DNA of 51,688 nucleotides from an uncultured Rhodothermales bacterium. GTDB taxonomy: Bacteria; Bacteroidota; Rhodothermia; Rhodothermales; Rubricoccaceae. Below, in pieces: positions 9,422-18,775 of the stretch. The translations under genes were made by a program, and so were the position numbers. Where the stretch lies: the NCBI GenBank assembly GCA_964504495.1, contig CAZDFV010000001.1, forward strand, positions 1 through 51,688, read 5' to 3'. The notes under the pieces are model-generated. The model made no database searches, was not told the origin of the DNA, and was given only the letters and a program-made list of their open reading frames with translations. Positions within the stretch are counted from its first letter, which is position 1. The number at the start of each line of letters is the position of its first letter.

Positions 9422-12166
9422 CTAGGGGAGCGTCGACGTGAACGTGTAGCGTCCGGGCGCGGCCTCGAACACGGCCCGGCCGTTTTCGTAGCCGAGGACC
9501 GTGAGGCCGGGCACCTCGGCCGCCGGCACGCCGCCCTCGCGGACAACCTCGGCCGAGGCCGCCGGCACACCCACCTCGGCGACGCTCCCGACCGGCACCG
9601 TGACCTCCAGCGTAAGCGCGCTGCCGTCGCGGCGCCAGCGGCTGGCGGTCTCGCCGTAGGGCGTCCGGTGCGAGGCCGTCACGAACGTCAGGTCGCCCAC
9701 GACCTCGGGCGCGACGCGGAACCGTCGCCAGCCGGGGTCGAGCGGCTGGAGCCCGGCGAGGCCGCCCCAGAACCACTCTTCCAGGTGGCCCAGCATAAAG
9801 TGGTTCTGGCTCTGGACGGGGTTCGCGTCCCACGCCTCGGTCAAGGTCGTGGCGCCGGCGAGGAGCTGGGCCCCGTAGCTCGGCGCCTCCGTCTGCGTCG
9901 CCAGCCGCCAGAGGACGTCCGAGCGCCCGGCGGCGTGGAGGGCCTGGACGAAGTAGCGGTGGCCCACGTCGCCCGCCGTCGGGTGGTAGCCGCGGCCCTC
10001 GACGTCGGCCACGAGCGTGGCGAGCGCGGCCGGCTGGCGGGCGCTCGGGACGAGGCCGAGCACGAGCGGCATGGCCTGGGCCGTCTGGCTGCCCGTGTCG
10101 TAATACCCCGTCTCGGCGTCCCAGAACGCCCGGTTAAAGGCACCGAACAGGTCGAACCGGCGGGCCCGCCAGAGGCGCGCGTCGCGCGGTCTGTCGAGGA
10201 GGTCGGCCATCTCGGCGAGGACGGCGAGGTTCGCGGCCTGCGTCGCCGTGGCGGTCACGCCCTTGCTCGTGAGCTGGCTCTCGCCCGGGAACGCCGGGCC
10301 GACGTCGTACCAGTCGCCCAGCCCGTAGCGGATGACGCCGTCGTCCCCGGCCCGCTCGCTCAGGTAGTCCGCGTAGCGGGCCATGTCGTCGTAGTGCCGG
10401 CGGAGCGGGGCCTCGTCGCCGGCCCACACGCGGAGCAGCCACGGGACCTGGACGACGGCGCTCCCCCACTCGGGCGAGTCGCGGAAGTTGCCGCCGAAAA
10501 AGGTGTACTCCGGCGCCGTCGTCGGGACGAGCCCGCTCGGCTCCTGCGCCTCCACCATGTCCTCCGTCCACTTCGCGTAGAGCGGGGCGACGGCGTAGTT
10601 GTAGAAGATGGACGGGCCCATGAGGTACGCCTCCTCCAGCCACCCCAGCTTCTCGCGGTGCGGGCAGTCCGTCATGACGTGCTGCATGTTGCTCCGGATC
10701 GCCCCGACGATCATCCCGTGGACGCCGTTGACGAGGTCGTTCGAGGTCTCCAGCGTCCCCGCCAGCGGGGCGGCGGCGTGGACCCAGTCGCTCTCGACGG
10801 CGACGACGTGGGGGACGCCCCGGGCCGCGGCGTCGGCGGCCGTCATCGCCGCGCCCTCGACCTGGACGTAGCGGTAGCCGGTGTAGGTGTAGTCCGGCTG
10901 CCACGTCTCGACCGAGTCGCCTTCAAGGGTGTAGTGGAAGAGGATCTCGCCCCAGTGCTTCATGCTCGTCTGGTCTACGAGGCCGGACGGTAGGACCACC
11001 TCGGCGGGGCGGAGCGTGACCCGCTGCCCGGCCTCGCCGCGGACGGTCAGGCGCGGCATCCCCGAGTGGTTCTGGCCGAGGTCGACCACGAACACGCCGG
11101 GCTCGGGCTCCGTCGTCTCGACGGCGCGGAACGTCTCGTGTGCGCGGAGCGGCGGGCTCGTCTGGGCTCGGAGCGTCCCACCCGGGCCGGGGAGCACGCG
11201 GACGGGCCGCCAGCCTGGGGCGGCGCCGGTGGACGCGAAGCCGGGGCGCGCCCAGCCCGGCGTCTCGCGGCGCGCGTCGTAGTCCTCGCCGCCCCAGATC
11301 GAGGAGAAGACCGTCGGGCTGGCGCCGGCCGTCCACGACCCGTCCGAGGTCACGACGGTCGTGGTCCCGTCCGGGTGCTCGACCGTCAGGTGGACGAGCG
11401 CCTGAAGCGGGCCGATCGAGTCCCAATACTTCGCGTAGCGGCCCTCGGCGTGCGGGCCGCCCTGGGGGATCCGGTAGAGCCCGCCGCCCAGCCCGATCCC
11501 CAAGGCGTTCTCGCCCTGACGGACGTGCTCCGTCACGTCGTACGTGTTGTAGAGGACGCTCTTGGCCGGCTCCGTCCACCCCGGCGCGAGCCGGTCATCG
11601 CCGACGCGCTCGCCGTTCGCCCACAGCACGTAGTGCCCGAGCCCGGTGACGTGGACGAGCGCCCGCGCCACCGGCTTCTCGACGCGGAAGTCGCGGCGGA
11701 GGCGCGGCGTCCCCGTCCGCCCCAGGCCGATCTCGTCTGCGAGCAGGCTATCGAGGCCGATCCACCGGGCGCCGCCCCAGTCGCCGAGGCGGCCCGTCGT
11801 CCACGACGAGCGGGCCCAGTCGGAGGGCTCGCCGTCGCCGTCCCACACGCGCACGTCCCAGGCGTACGTCCGCCCCGGTTCGAGCGCCGGCCCGGCGTAC
11901 GGGACGAGGTGCTGATCGTCGGACTCGACGCGGCCCGAGTCCCACACGTCCTCGTCCCCCCGCGTCACGCGGACCTGGTAGGCCGACTGGCGCCCGCCGC
12001 GGGCGTCGGCGTCGGTCGGGACGAGCGCCCAGCTCATCCGGGGCCGCTCGGCGTCGAGGCCGACCGGCGCGACGCGGTGCTCGACGCGGAGGCTGTCCGG
12101 CCGGAGGTCTTGGGCCTCGACGGCCGCGGCCGCCAGCAGGGCGAGGAGGACCGGGGCGAGGCGCAT
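9422..12166 (-). CDS. alpha-L-rhamnosidase, GH78
   Basis: Signal peptide; GLGHYVLWANG, GGEDYDAR, DLGQN, TDCPHREKLGW, GDWY, GATTLTEAW, SQNHFMLG. Confidence 0.93.
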   Translation of the reverse strand: MRLAPVLLALLAAAAVEAQDLRPDSLRVEHRVAPVGLDAERPRMSWALVPTDADARGGRQSAYQVRVTRGDEDVWDSGRVESDDQHLVPYAGPALEPGRTYAWDVRVWDGDGEPSDWARSSWTTGRLGDWGGARWIGLDSLLADEIGLGRTGTPRLRRDFRVEKPVARALVHVTGLGHYVLWANGERVGDDRLAPGWTEPAKSVLYNTYDVTEHVRQGENALGIGLGGGLYRIPQGGPHAEGRYAKYWDSIGPLQALVHLTVEHPDGTTTVVTSDGSWTAGASPTVFSSIWGGEDYDARRETPGWARPGFASTGAAPGWRPVRVLPGPGGTLRAQTSPPLRAHETFRAVETTEPEPGVFVVDLGQNHSGMPRLTVRGEAGQRVTLRPAEVVLPSGLVDQTSMKHWGEILFHYTLEGDSVETWQPDYTYTGYRYVQVEGAAMTAADAAARGVPHVVAVESDWVHAAAPLAGTLETSNDLVNGVHGMIVGAIRSNMQHVMTDCPHREKLGWLEEAYLMGPSIFYNYAVAPLYAKWTEDMVEAQEPSGLVPTTAPEYTFFGGNFRDSPEWGSAVVQVPWLLRVWAGDEAPLRRHYDDMARYADYLSERAGDDGVIRYGLGDWYDVGPAFPGESQLTSKGVTATATQAANLAVLAEMADLLDRPRDARLWRARRFDLFGAFNRAFWDAETGYYDTGSQTAQAMPLVLGLVPSARQPAALATLVADVEGRGYHPTAGDVGHRYFVQALHAAGRSDVLWRLATQTEAPSYGAQLLAGATTLTEAWDANPVQSQNHFMLGHLEEWFWGGLAGLQPLDPGWRRFRVAPEVVGDLTFVTASHRTPYGETASRWRRDGSALTLEVTVPVGSVAEVGVPAASAEVVREGGVPAAEVPGLTVLGYENGRAVFEAAPGRYTFTSTLP

Positions 12167-13665
12167 CAGCTGTCGGGCGTGTTCCAGCGGTCCGGGACCG
12201 TCGTGTTCGGGTTGTAGTTCGGGTTCGGGCGCGGCGTCCGGGCGCCCTGGGCGTCGAGGGCCGCCTCGAGCTGCGCCAGGAGGCGCGCGACGTCGTCAGG
12301 ACGCTCGGCCGAGAGGTCGGTCGTCTCACCCGGGTCGGCGGCGAGGTCGTAGAGCGCCGTCTCGTTCTGGTCGAGCCGCTGGACCAGCTTGAGGTCGCCC
12401 TCGCGGATCGACCGGGCCGGGCGCGTCCCCTGCGGGCTGTAGTGGGGGAAGTACCACGTCAGCGCGTCGCGCATCGGGGGCGCGCCGGACGTGAGGAGGC
12501 CGTAGAGGCTGGCGCCCTCCACGCCCGGCGGCGTCGGCGCCCCGATCCAGTCGGCGACGGTGGGGAGGAGGTCCATGTTCGTGACCGGGACCTCGCTTGT
12601 GGCGCTCCGCACGCCCGGGCCCCACGCGATAAAGGGGACGCGCGTGCCGCCCTCCCACAGGTACCCCTTCCCGGCCCGGAGCGGGCCGTTCGCCGTCGCC
12701 GGCGTGTGCGCCGCGAACGCCGGCACCTCCTCCACGCTCAGGCCGCCATTGTCGGAGAGGAACACGACGAGCGTCTCGTCCGCCAGGTCCAGCCGGTCGA
12801 GCGCGGCCAGCAGCCGGCCCATGTTCCGGTCGATCGCCTCGATCATGGCCGCGTACTCGGGGTTCTCGAACCCGTAGTCGCCCGCGGCCGCCTTCGCCTG
12901 GTACTTCTGCACGAGGTCCGGCGGCCCCTCGATGGGGACGTGCGGGGCGTAGTAGGCGAGGTGGAGGAGGAACGTCGTGTCGGCGTGGGCCTCCAAAAAC
13001 TCGATGGCCTCCTCGGTCAGCCGATGGGTCAGGTACTCCCCCTCGCGCGCCGGGTCGATGGGCTCGCCGAGGAGGTCCTCGGTCGGGTTTCCGGTCAGGT
13101 ACGGGTAGAAGAAGGTCGGCGGGAGGCCGCGCCCGCTCCCCCCGACGTTGACGTCGAACCCGTGGTCCTGGGGGAGCGAGTTCTGGCCGGCGTAGCCCAG
13201 GTGCCACTTCCCGACGTGCGCGGTCACGTAGCCCTCGGCCGCCGCCAGCTCGGCGACGGTCGTCGGCTCGTGCGGGAGGTGCGGGGCCTGCTCCGGTGGG
13301 ACGAGGCGCTGCCACGGCTCGACCGGCGGGCGCCCCCGGAAGTGCTCGGTGATGTTGAGCGCGACCGGCGAGCGGCCCGTCATGAGCGCCGCCCGCGACG
13401 GCGAGCAGATCGGCGAGGCCGCGTAGCCGTCGGTAAAGCGGAGCCCCTCGGCCGCCATCCGGTCGAGGTTCGGCGTCTCGTGGAACCGGTTGCCGTACGC
13501 CCCGAGGTCGTGCCACCCCATGTCGTCGGCCTGGACGAGGACCACGTTGAGCGGCCCACTGGCGGCCGGCGGCGGCGGCGGCCGGTCGACGGGCGCCTCG
13601 ACGACGGGGTTGTTGGAGCACGCCGCGAGCGCGGCGAGGAGGGCGAGGGCGGCGGCGCGGCGCAT
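12166..13665 (-). CDS. S1 sulfatase, lipoprotein
   Basis: NVVLVQADDMG, CSPSRAALMTG, GKWHLG, SDNGG, GKGYLWEGGTRVP; lipobox LAAC. Confidence 0.94.
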   Translation of the reverse strand: MRRAAALALLAALAACSNNPVVEAPVDRPPPPPAASGPLNVVLVQADDMGWHDLGAYGNRFHETPNLDRMAAEGLRFTDGYAASPICSPSRAALMTGRSPVALNITEHFRGRPPVEPWQRLVPPEQAPHLPHEPTTVAELAAAEGYVTAHVGKWHLGYAGQNSLPQDHGFDVNVGGSGRGLPPTFFYPYLTGNPTEDLLGEPIDPAREGEYLTHRLTEEAIEFLEAHADTTFLLHLAYYAPHVPIEGPPDLVQKYQAKAAAGDYGFENPEYAAMIEAIDRNMGRLLAALDRLDLADETLVVFLSDNGGLSVEEVPAFAAHTPATANGPLRAGKGYLWEGGTRVPFIAWGPGVRSATSEVPVTNMDLLPTVADWIGAPTPPGVEGASLYGLLTSGAPPMRDALTWYFPHYSPQGTRPARSIREGDLKLVQRLDQNETALYDLAADPGETTDLSAERPDDVARLLAQLEAALDAQGARTPRPNPNYNPNTTVPDRWNTPDS

Positions 13666-13744
13666 GGGCGGGCGGTGGGGACGGGCGCCGCCAGCGGGGG
13701 GGCGGCGGGCGGGGCGGAGTGGGGGAGGCCCCCGGGGCCCGCCG

Positions 13745-15328
13745 CTAGTAGCCCGCGTTCTGGGTCGCGTTCGGGTTCCGCTGGAGCTCCGAGAGCGGGA
13801 TCGGGTAGAGCACCTCCGGCTCCCCCGTGATCGGGTGCGTCGTGACCTTGGCCGGGTCGATCGTCACCCCCTGCGGCGCGAGCACGTCGGTCAGGGTCCC
13901 CCAGCGGTTGAGGTCGAACAACCGCTTGAACTCGAACGCCAGCTCCAGCCGGCGCTCGCGGCGGACGGCCTCGATGGCCTCGGCCTGGTCGTCGTCGCCG
14001 TCGCTGAACTCGTCGCCGAGCGGGTCGAGCCCGGCCCGCTGGCGGATCTGGTTGACGAGGTCGACGGCCGCGCCCGTCTGGCCGAGCTCGGCGAACGCCT
14101 CGGCCCGCATGAGGAGGACCTCCGCGTAGCGGAAGACGACGATGTTGAACGAGGTCTCGTTGTTGCCGATGTTCGAGTACCACTTCCGCACGAACCACTC
14201 GCGCTCGCCGCGCGACTCCGTGACCGGGTTCCCGGACGCCCCGAACTTGTCGAACGTGACGACGAACCGGGGGTCGCCGTCCTCGTACGCCTGGATGATC
14301 GCGTTGGGCCCGTAGGCGCCCGTCTCGAAGTCCGGGTAGTCGTTGTCGGTCGGGAGGATCTGGTTCTGGCCGTCGCGCGTGCCGCGCGGCGTGAACGCGA
14401 CGCGGATAAAGGACTTCGGCCCGTCCCCGAGCGCCGAGTACTGGACCTCGAAGATGGACTCCGGCCCGTTCTCGAGCGAGGCGTCGAGGAGGAGCCCGTA
14501 GAAGTTCTCGACGTAGCCCTCGCTGTCGTTCAGGGACCCCTGGAGGAGCGCGTACCGCCCGTCGAGGAGCGGCTCGGTCACGTCGAGCACGTCGTCCCAC
14601 TCCTCGAGCGTGAGGTGGACCTTCGCCAGCAGCGTCCGGGCCGCCCCGCTCGTGGCCCGGCCCGTCTCGTCGGCGAGCGCGTTGGCGTCGTCGCCGTAGC
14701 TCACCGGGAGGAGGTCGACGGCCCGCCGGAGGTCGTTCTTGATAAAGTCGTAGACGGCCGGGACCGGGTCGCGCGGGCGCTGCGCCTCGCTGACCTCGTC
14801 GATCTCGACCGACTCGTCGTAGATCGGGACCTCGCCGAAGAGCCGGACGAGGTTGAAGTAGTAGAACGCCCGGAGGAACAGGGCCTCGCCGCGGAGCTGG
14901 CCCTTGAGCTCGGCGTCCGCCTCGCCGTCGCCGAAGTCGATCTCTGCCTCGCGGCCGAGGTAGTAGTTGATCCGGGAGATGTGGGTCAGGCTCGGGTTCC
15001 AGACGTTCCCGAGCTGGGCCTGCGTCCCGTCGATGTCCCGCGTCTTGAGCCCCTGGAAGCTCTGAGCGAACGGCCACCCGTCGTCGGTCCCGCTCTCGAC
15101 GAGGTTCGGGACGGCCCCGTTGTAGAGGCCCGGGAGCGCCCCGTAGAGGCTGTTGACGTACTGGATGGCCCCCCGGGGGTTCGAGAGCTGGGCGTCGAGC
15201 GTCTGGACGTTGAACGCCTCGGTGTCGAGGGCGGAGTCGCAGCCGGCGACGGCGAGCACGGCCGAGAGCGCGAGCGCGGCGCGGCGGACGGGCGCCCACC
15301 GGGCGCGGGGAGAGCGGAGTCGGGTCAT
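13745..15328 (-). CDS. susD: SusD/RagB family glycan-binding lipoprotein
   Basis: ATG 15328 with lipobox VAGC; GEALFLRAFYYFNLVRLFGEVP, FRYAEVLLMRAEA, ERRLELAFE, QNAGY end. Confidence 0.94.
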   Translation of the reverse strand: MTRLRSPRARWAPVRRAALALSAVLAVAGCDSALDTEAFNVQTLDAQLSNPRGAIQYVNSLYGALPGLYNGAVPNLVESGTDDGWPFAQSFQGLKTRDIDGTQAQLGNVWNPSLTHISRINYYLGREAEIDFGDGEADAELKGQLRGEALFLRAFYYFNLVRLFGEVPIYDESVEIDEVSEAQRPRDPVPAVYDFIKNDLRRAVDLLPVSYGDDANALADETGRATSGAARTLLAKVHLTLEEWDDVLDVTEPLLDGRYALLQGSLNDSEGYVENFYGLLLDASLENGPESIFEVQYSALGDGPKSFIRVAFTPRGTRDGQNQILPTDNDYPDFETGAYGPNAIIQAYEDGDPRFVVTFDKFGASGNPVTESRGEREWFVRKWYSNIGNNETSFNIVVFRYAEVLLMRAEAFAELGQTGAAVDLVNQIRQRAGLDPLGDEFSDGDDDQAEAIEAVRRERRLELAFEFKRLFDLNRWGTLTDVLAPQGVTIDPAKVTTHPITGEPEVLYPIPLSELQRNPNATQNAGY

Positions 15329-15339
15329 CGGAGGCGTCT

Positions 15340-18300
15340 TTAGAGCGTGACGTTGAGGCGGACCCCGACGGTCTTGGCGATCGGGTACGTGGTGAGGTCG
15401 AGCCCGGGCGAGAGCGGGGCCGAGGCCGCGTCGAGGTTCCCGCTCCCGTCCCGGGCCCCGCTCGACGCCTCGGGGTCGTAGCCGGTGTAGTCGGTGAACG
15501 TGAGGAGGTTGGTCCCGATCAGGGAGACCTGGGCGCGCTGGGCGCCGACGAGGCCGGCGTACCGGCCGGGCACCGTGTAGGTCAGCCGGACCGTCCGGAG
15601 CCGGACGAAGTCGGCGTCCTGGATGAAGAAGTCGGACGGGAGCGCGTTGATGTAGCCGCGCCGGCCCTGGTACGCCCGGGGGATGTCGGTGTCCTGGTTC
15701 TCCGGCGTCCAGCGGTCGAGGACGGCCGCCCGCTTGTTGATGTTCGAGTCGCCCGAGATCCCGAACATGAGCGACGTGTCGAAGAGCTTCCGCCCGAAGG
15801 CGTAGGTGAAGAGCGTCTCGAACTCGAGCGGCCCGAACGTGAGCACGTTCGTGAGCCCCCCGAACGCCTGCGGGAGCCCGCTCCCGAGGAACACCCGGTC
15901 GGCGTCGTCGATGACGCCGTCGCCGTTGACGTCGCGGTAGATCGTGTCCCCGGGCTGGACGCCCAGGACCCCGCCGCGGGCCGTCAGCCCGGCGCACGAG
16001 TTGGTCGCCTCGTCGTACTGGTCCGTCGAGCAGATCCCGACAAAGTCCCACCCGTAGAGGTCCCCGATGGCCCCGCCGATGAGCGTGCTGTTGACCGAGC
16101 CGAACTGGAGCGGGCCGTCGTTGAGGTTCCGGCCGGGGAGCCCCTGGTTCTCGCCGAGGACGTCCTCCCGGATGTCCTCGACCTCGTTGTGGTTGTACCC
16201 GAACGTGAGCGTCGAGCGCCAGTCGAACCGGTCGGCGTCGACGGGGATGACGTCGAGGGCGAACTCGAACCCCTGGTTCAGGACCGACCCGACGTTCCCG
16301 GCCACGGCCCCGACCGGGAACGCCGGCGGAGCCGGGACCGACCCGAGGACGTCCTGGGTGAACCGGTTGTAGTAGTCGGCCGTGAGCCCGACCCGGCCGT
16401 CGAGGACGGTGAGGTCGAACCCGAGGTCGAACTGGCGGATGGTCTCCCAGCCCACGCCGTCGGGGAGGGCGATGTTGTTGATCGGGGTCTGCTGGACGCC
16501 CTCCTCGCCGAAGGCGACGAACCCGCTCCCGACGCGCGTCAGGAAGGCGTTGTCGCCGATCCCGTCGCGGTCGCCGAGGTACCCGAAGCTGCCCCGGAGC
16601 TTGAAGTCGTTGACGACGTCGAGGTCGCGGAGGAACGGGGCGTTCGAGGCCCGCCAGGCGAGCCCGACGGCCGGGAGCGCGGCCCACCGCCGCTCGGGCG
16701 AGAACTTCGAGGACCCGTCGACCCGGACGGTCCCCGTCAGGAAGTACGTGTCGGCGTAGTCGTAGGTCAGCCGGCTGAAGTACGAGATGAGCCGCTGGCT
16801 CTGCTCCCGGGCGCTCGTCCCCGTCCGCTCCGGCTGAAGGCTGACCTGCGTGAGCTCGTTGTTCGTTCCCCCCGTGCCCGAGACGAACGCGAACTCGAGG
16901 TAGTCCTCCTGGAAGCTCGTTCCGGCGAGGACCTCGACGTCGTGGGCCCCGAACTCCCGGTCGAACGTGAGCGTGTGGTCGGTGAAGTAGTTGTACCCGA
17001 GCTGGTCGAAGGCCCGGACGGTCACGAACTCCCGCTGCTGGCGGGCCCGGTCCCGGGTCGGGAGGAAGTCGTCGGCCGTGTTCGCCGAGAGGTTGGCCGA
17101 GGCGCTCCCCCGGTAGCGGAGGTCGAACGGGAGCCGGTAGGTGAAGGCCGTCGTCGCGATAAACTGCTGCCACTGCCGGTCCAGCTCGTTCTCGAGGAGG
17201 TCGGCGACCGGGTTCTGCGGGAACGGGTTCGAGTAGATGGCCCCGAGCTCGGGGTCGTTCACGTCGTAGGCCGCGAACTCGCCGTCCTCGGTGTACGGTT
17301 GCTCCCAGGGGTACTTGTAGAGGGCGTCGCGGAGCGAGGCCCCGAACGTCTGGTCGTTGGCGACGACGCTCCCCCACTGGCGCGACCCGTTGAGCCGGAC
17401 GTCGATCGTGGCCCGGTCGCTGAGGTCGACGACAGAGTTGAGCCGGATCGACGCGCGCTGGATGTCGGTCCCGATGATCCGGCCCTCGACGTCCTCGTAG
17501 TTCCCCGACGCCGCGAACTGGACGGCCCCGGCGCTCCCCCGCGCGCTCACGTTGTACCGCTGGCTCAGGCCGGTCTGGGTCACGGCGTCCTGCCAGTCGG
17601 TGTCGTTGGCCGCGAGGAACGTGGGGTCCTGGAGCGGGGCCGGGAGCTCGAACGTCGGGTTGGCCCCCTGCGAGTTCCGGACGGCGTCGCGCCGGTACTC
17701 GGCGAGCTCGGCCGAGTTGAGCATGTCGAGCTGGCGGATCGGCGAGGCCGCGTCGAACTCGGTCGAGAACTCGACGGCCGGCTCGAGCCCGGCCCCCGAC
17801 TTCGTCGTGATGATGACGACCCCGTCGGCCGCGCGGACGCCGTAGATCGAGGCGCTGCTCGCGTCCTTGAGGACCGAGATCGAGGCGATGTCCTGCGTGT
17901 TGAGCGTCGCGAGGAACGAGTTGTCCGTCGGCTCGAGCGGGATCCCGTCGACGATGTAGAGCGGGCGGTTCGTGCTCCCGAACGACCCGACGCCCCGGAT
18001 GTCGATCTGGAAGTTGCCCTGGAGGTCGCCCGAGTTCTGCTGCACGCTGACCCCGGCCACGCGCCCGGCGATGGCCTCCTCGAACGAGACGAGCGGCTTG
18101 TTCTCGATCTCCTCGGCCGTGATGGCCCCGACCGACCCGGTCAGGTCGCGGACCTCGCTCGTCCCGTACCCGATGACGACGACCTCGTCGCCGGTGTAGT
18201 TCTGCGGGCTCAGCGTCACGTTGATCTCGGCGCGTCCCAGGATCGGGATGGCCTGCGTCTCGAACCCGACGTAGGAGAACTGGAGCGAGTCGGTCTCGGA

Positions 18301-18630
18301 CGGGGCCGTGATCTCGTACCGCCCATCAATGTCCGTCGCCACGCCGACCGTCGTTCCCGGCACGACCACGTTGACGCCGGGGAGCGGCTGGCGGTCGTCG
18401 GCCGAGATGACCCGGCCGGTGACGGTAAAGTCCCGGGCCGGGCGCCACAGGTCGGCCCGGGCGCCAGCAGCGAGGGCGCGCTCGGCGGCCGGGCGGAGCA
18501 GGACGGACGTCTCCGGCTCGGCGGGCGCCACCGGATCGGCGAGGCCCTGCGCGCTGGCGGGGGCCGCAAGCAGGGCGAGTGCGGCGACGAGCCAGAAGAG
18601 GCCGCGGGGTGAGCGGGGGGAGGGTGCCAT
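15340..18630 (-). CDS. susC: SusC/RagA family TonB-dependent transporter
   Basis: VTGRV...LPGVNVVV domain, VVVIGYG, PLYIVDG, SVLKDASSASIYG..AADGVVIITTK plug, DGSSKF, C-terminal GVRLNVTL. Confidence 0.96.
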   Translation of the reverse strand: MAPSPRSPRGLFWLVAALALLAAPASAQGLADPVAPAEPETSVLLRPAAERALAAGARADLWRPARDFTVTGRVISADDRQPLPGVNVVVPGTTVGVATDIDGRYEITAPSETDSLQFSYVGFETQAIPILGRAEINVTLSPQNYTGDEVVVIGYGTSEVRDLTGSVGAITAEEIENKPLVSFEEAIAGRVAGVSVQQNSGDLQGNFQIDIRGVGSFGSTNRPLYIVDGIPLEPTDNSFLATLNTQDIASISVLKDASSASIYGVRAADGVVIITTKSGAGLEPAVEFSTEFDAASPIRQLDMLNSAELAEYRRDAVRNSQGANPTFELPAPLQDPTFLAANDTDWQDAVTQTGLSQRYNVSARGSAGAVQFAASGNYEDVEGRIIGTDIQRASIRLNSVVDLSDRATIDVRLNGSRQWGSVVANDQTFGASLRDALYKYPWEQPYTEDGEFAAYDVNDPELGAIYSNPFPQNPVADLLENELDRQWQQFIATTAFTYRLPFDLRYRGSASANLSANTADDFLPTRDRARQQREFVTVRAFDQLGYNYFTDHTLTFDREFGAHDVEVLAGTSFQEDYLEFAFVSGTGGTNNELTQVSLQPERTGTSAREQSQRLISYFSRLTYDYADTYFLTGTVRVDGSSKFSPERRWAALPAVGLAWRASNAPFLRDLDVVNDFKLRGSFGYLGDRDGIGDNAFLTRVGSGFVAFGEEGVQQTPINNIALPDGVGWETIRQFDLGFDLTVLDGRVGLTADYYNRFTQDVLGSVPAPPAFPVGAVAGNVGSVLNQGFEFALDVIPVDADRFDWRSTLTFGYNHNEVEDIREDVLGENQGLPGRNLNDGPLQFGSVNSTLIGGAIGDLYGWDFVGICSTDQYDEATNSCAGLTARGGVLGVQPGDTIYRDVNGDGVIDDADRVFLGSGLPQAFGGLTNVLTFGPLEFETLFTYAFGRKLFDTSLMFGISGDSNINKRAAVLDRWTPENQDTDIPRAYQGRRGYINALPSDFFIQDADFVRLRTVRLTYTVPGRYAGLVGAQRAQVSLIGTNLLTFTDYTGYDPEASSGARDGSGNLDAASAPLSPGLDLTTYPIAKTVGVRLNVTL

Positions 18631-18683
18631 GTCCTCGGTTCGCGGGTGGGAGGGACGGGGCGCGCGGGCCCGGACTGCCCCTA

Positions 18684-18712
18684 AGTCGGGACGCCCCCGG
18701 GGCGACCCCTAC
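18684..18712 (-). promoter_or_regulatory. putative ECF-sigma promoter of susC operon
   Basis: Minus strand GTAGGGG-N17-CGACT, about 55 bp upstream of susC ATG; motif recurs at three other starts in the locus. Confidence 0.6.
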
Positions 18713-18775
18713 ATCCGGTAGGGCTTTTTTGGGTGCCCCGCCCCGGGTCGGCGCGTCTCGATCGGCCCGCGGTCG

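Noticed and set aside
13745-17377. 1210-aa ORF appearing to extend SusD
   Set aside because: The upstream part is an Arg/Pro/Gly-rich off-frame read of susC; the real SusD starts at ATG 15328 with a lipobox
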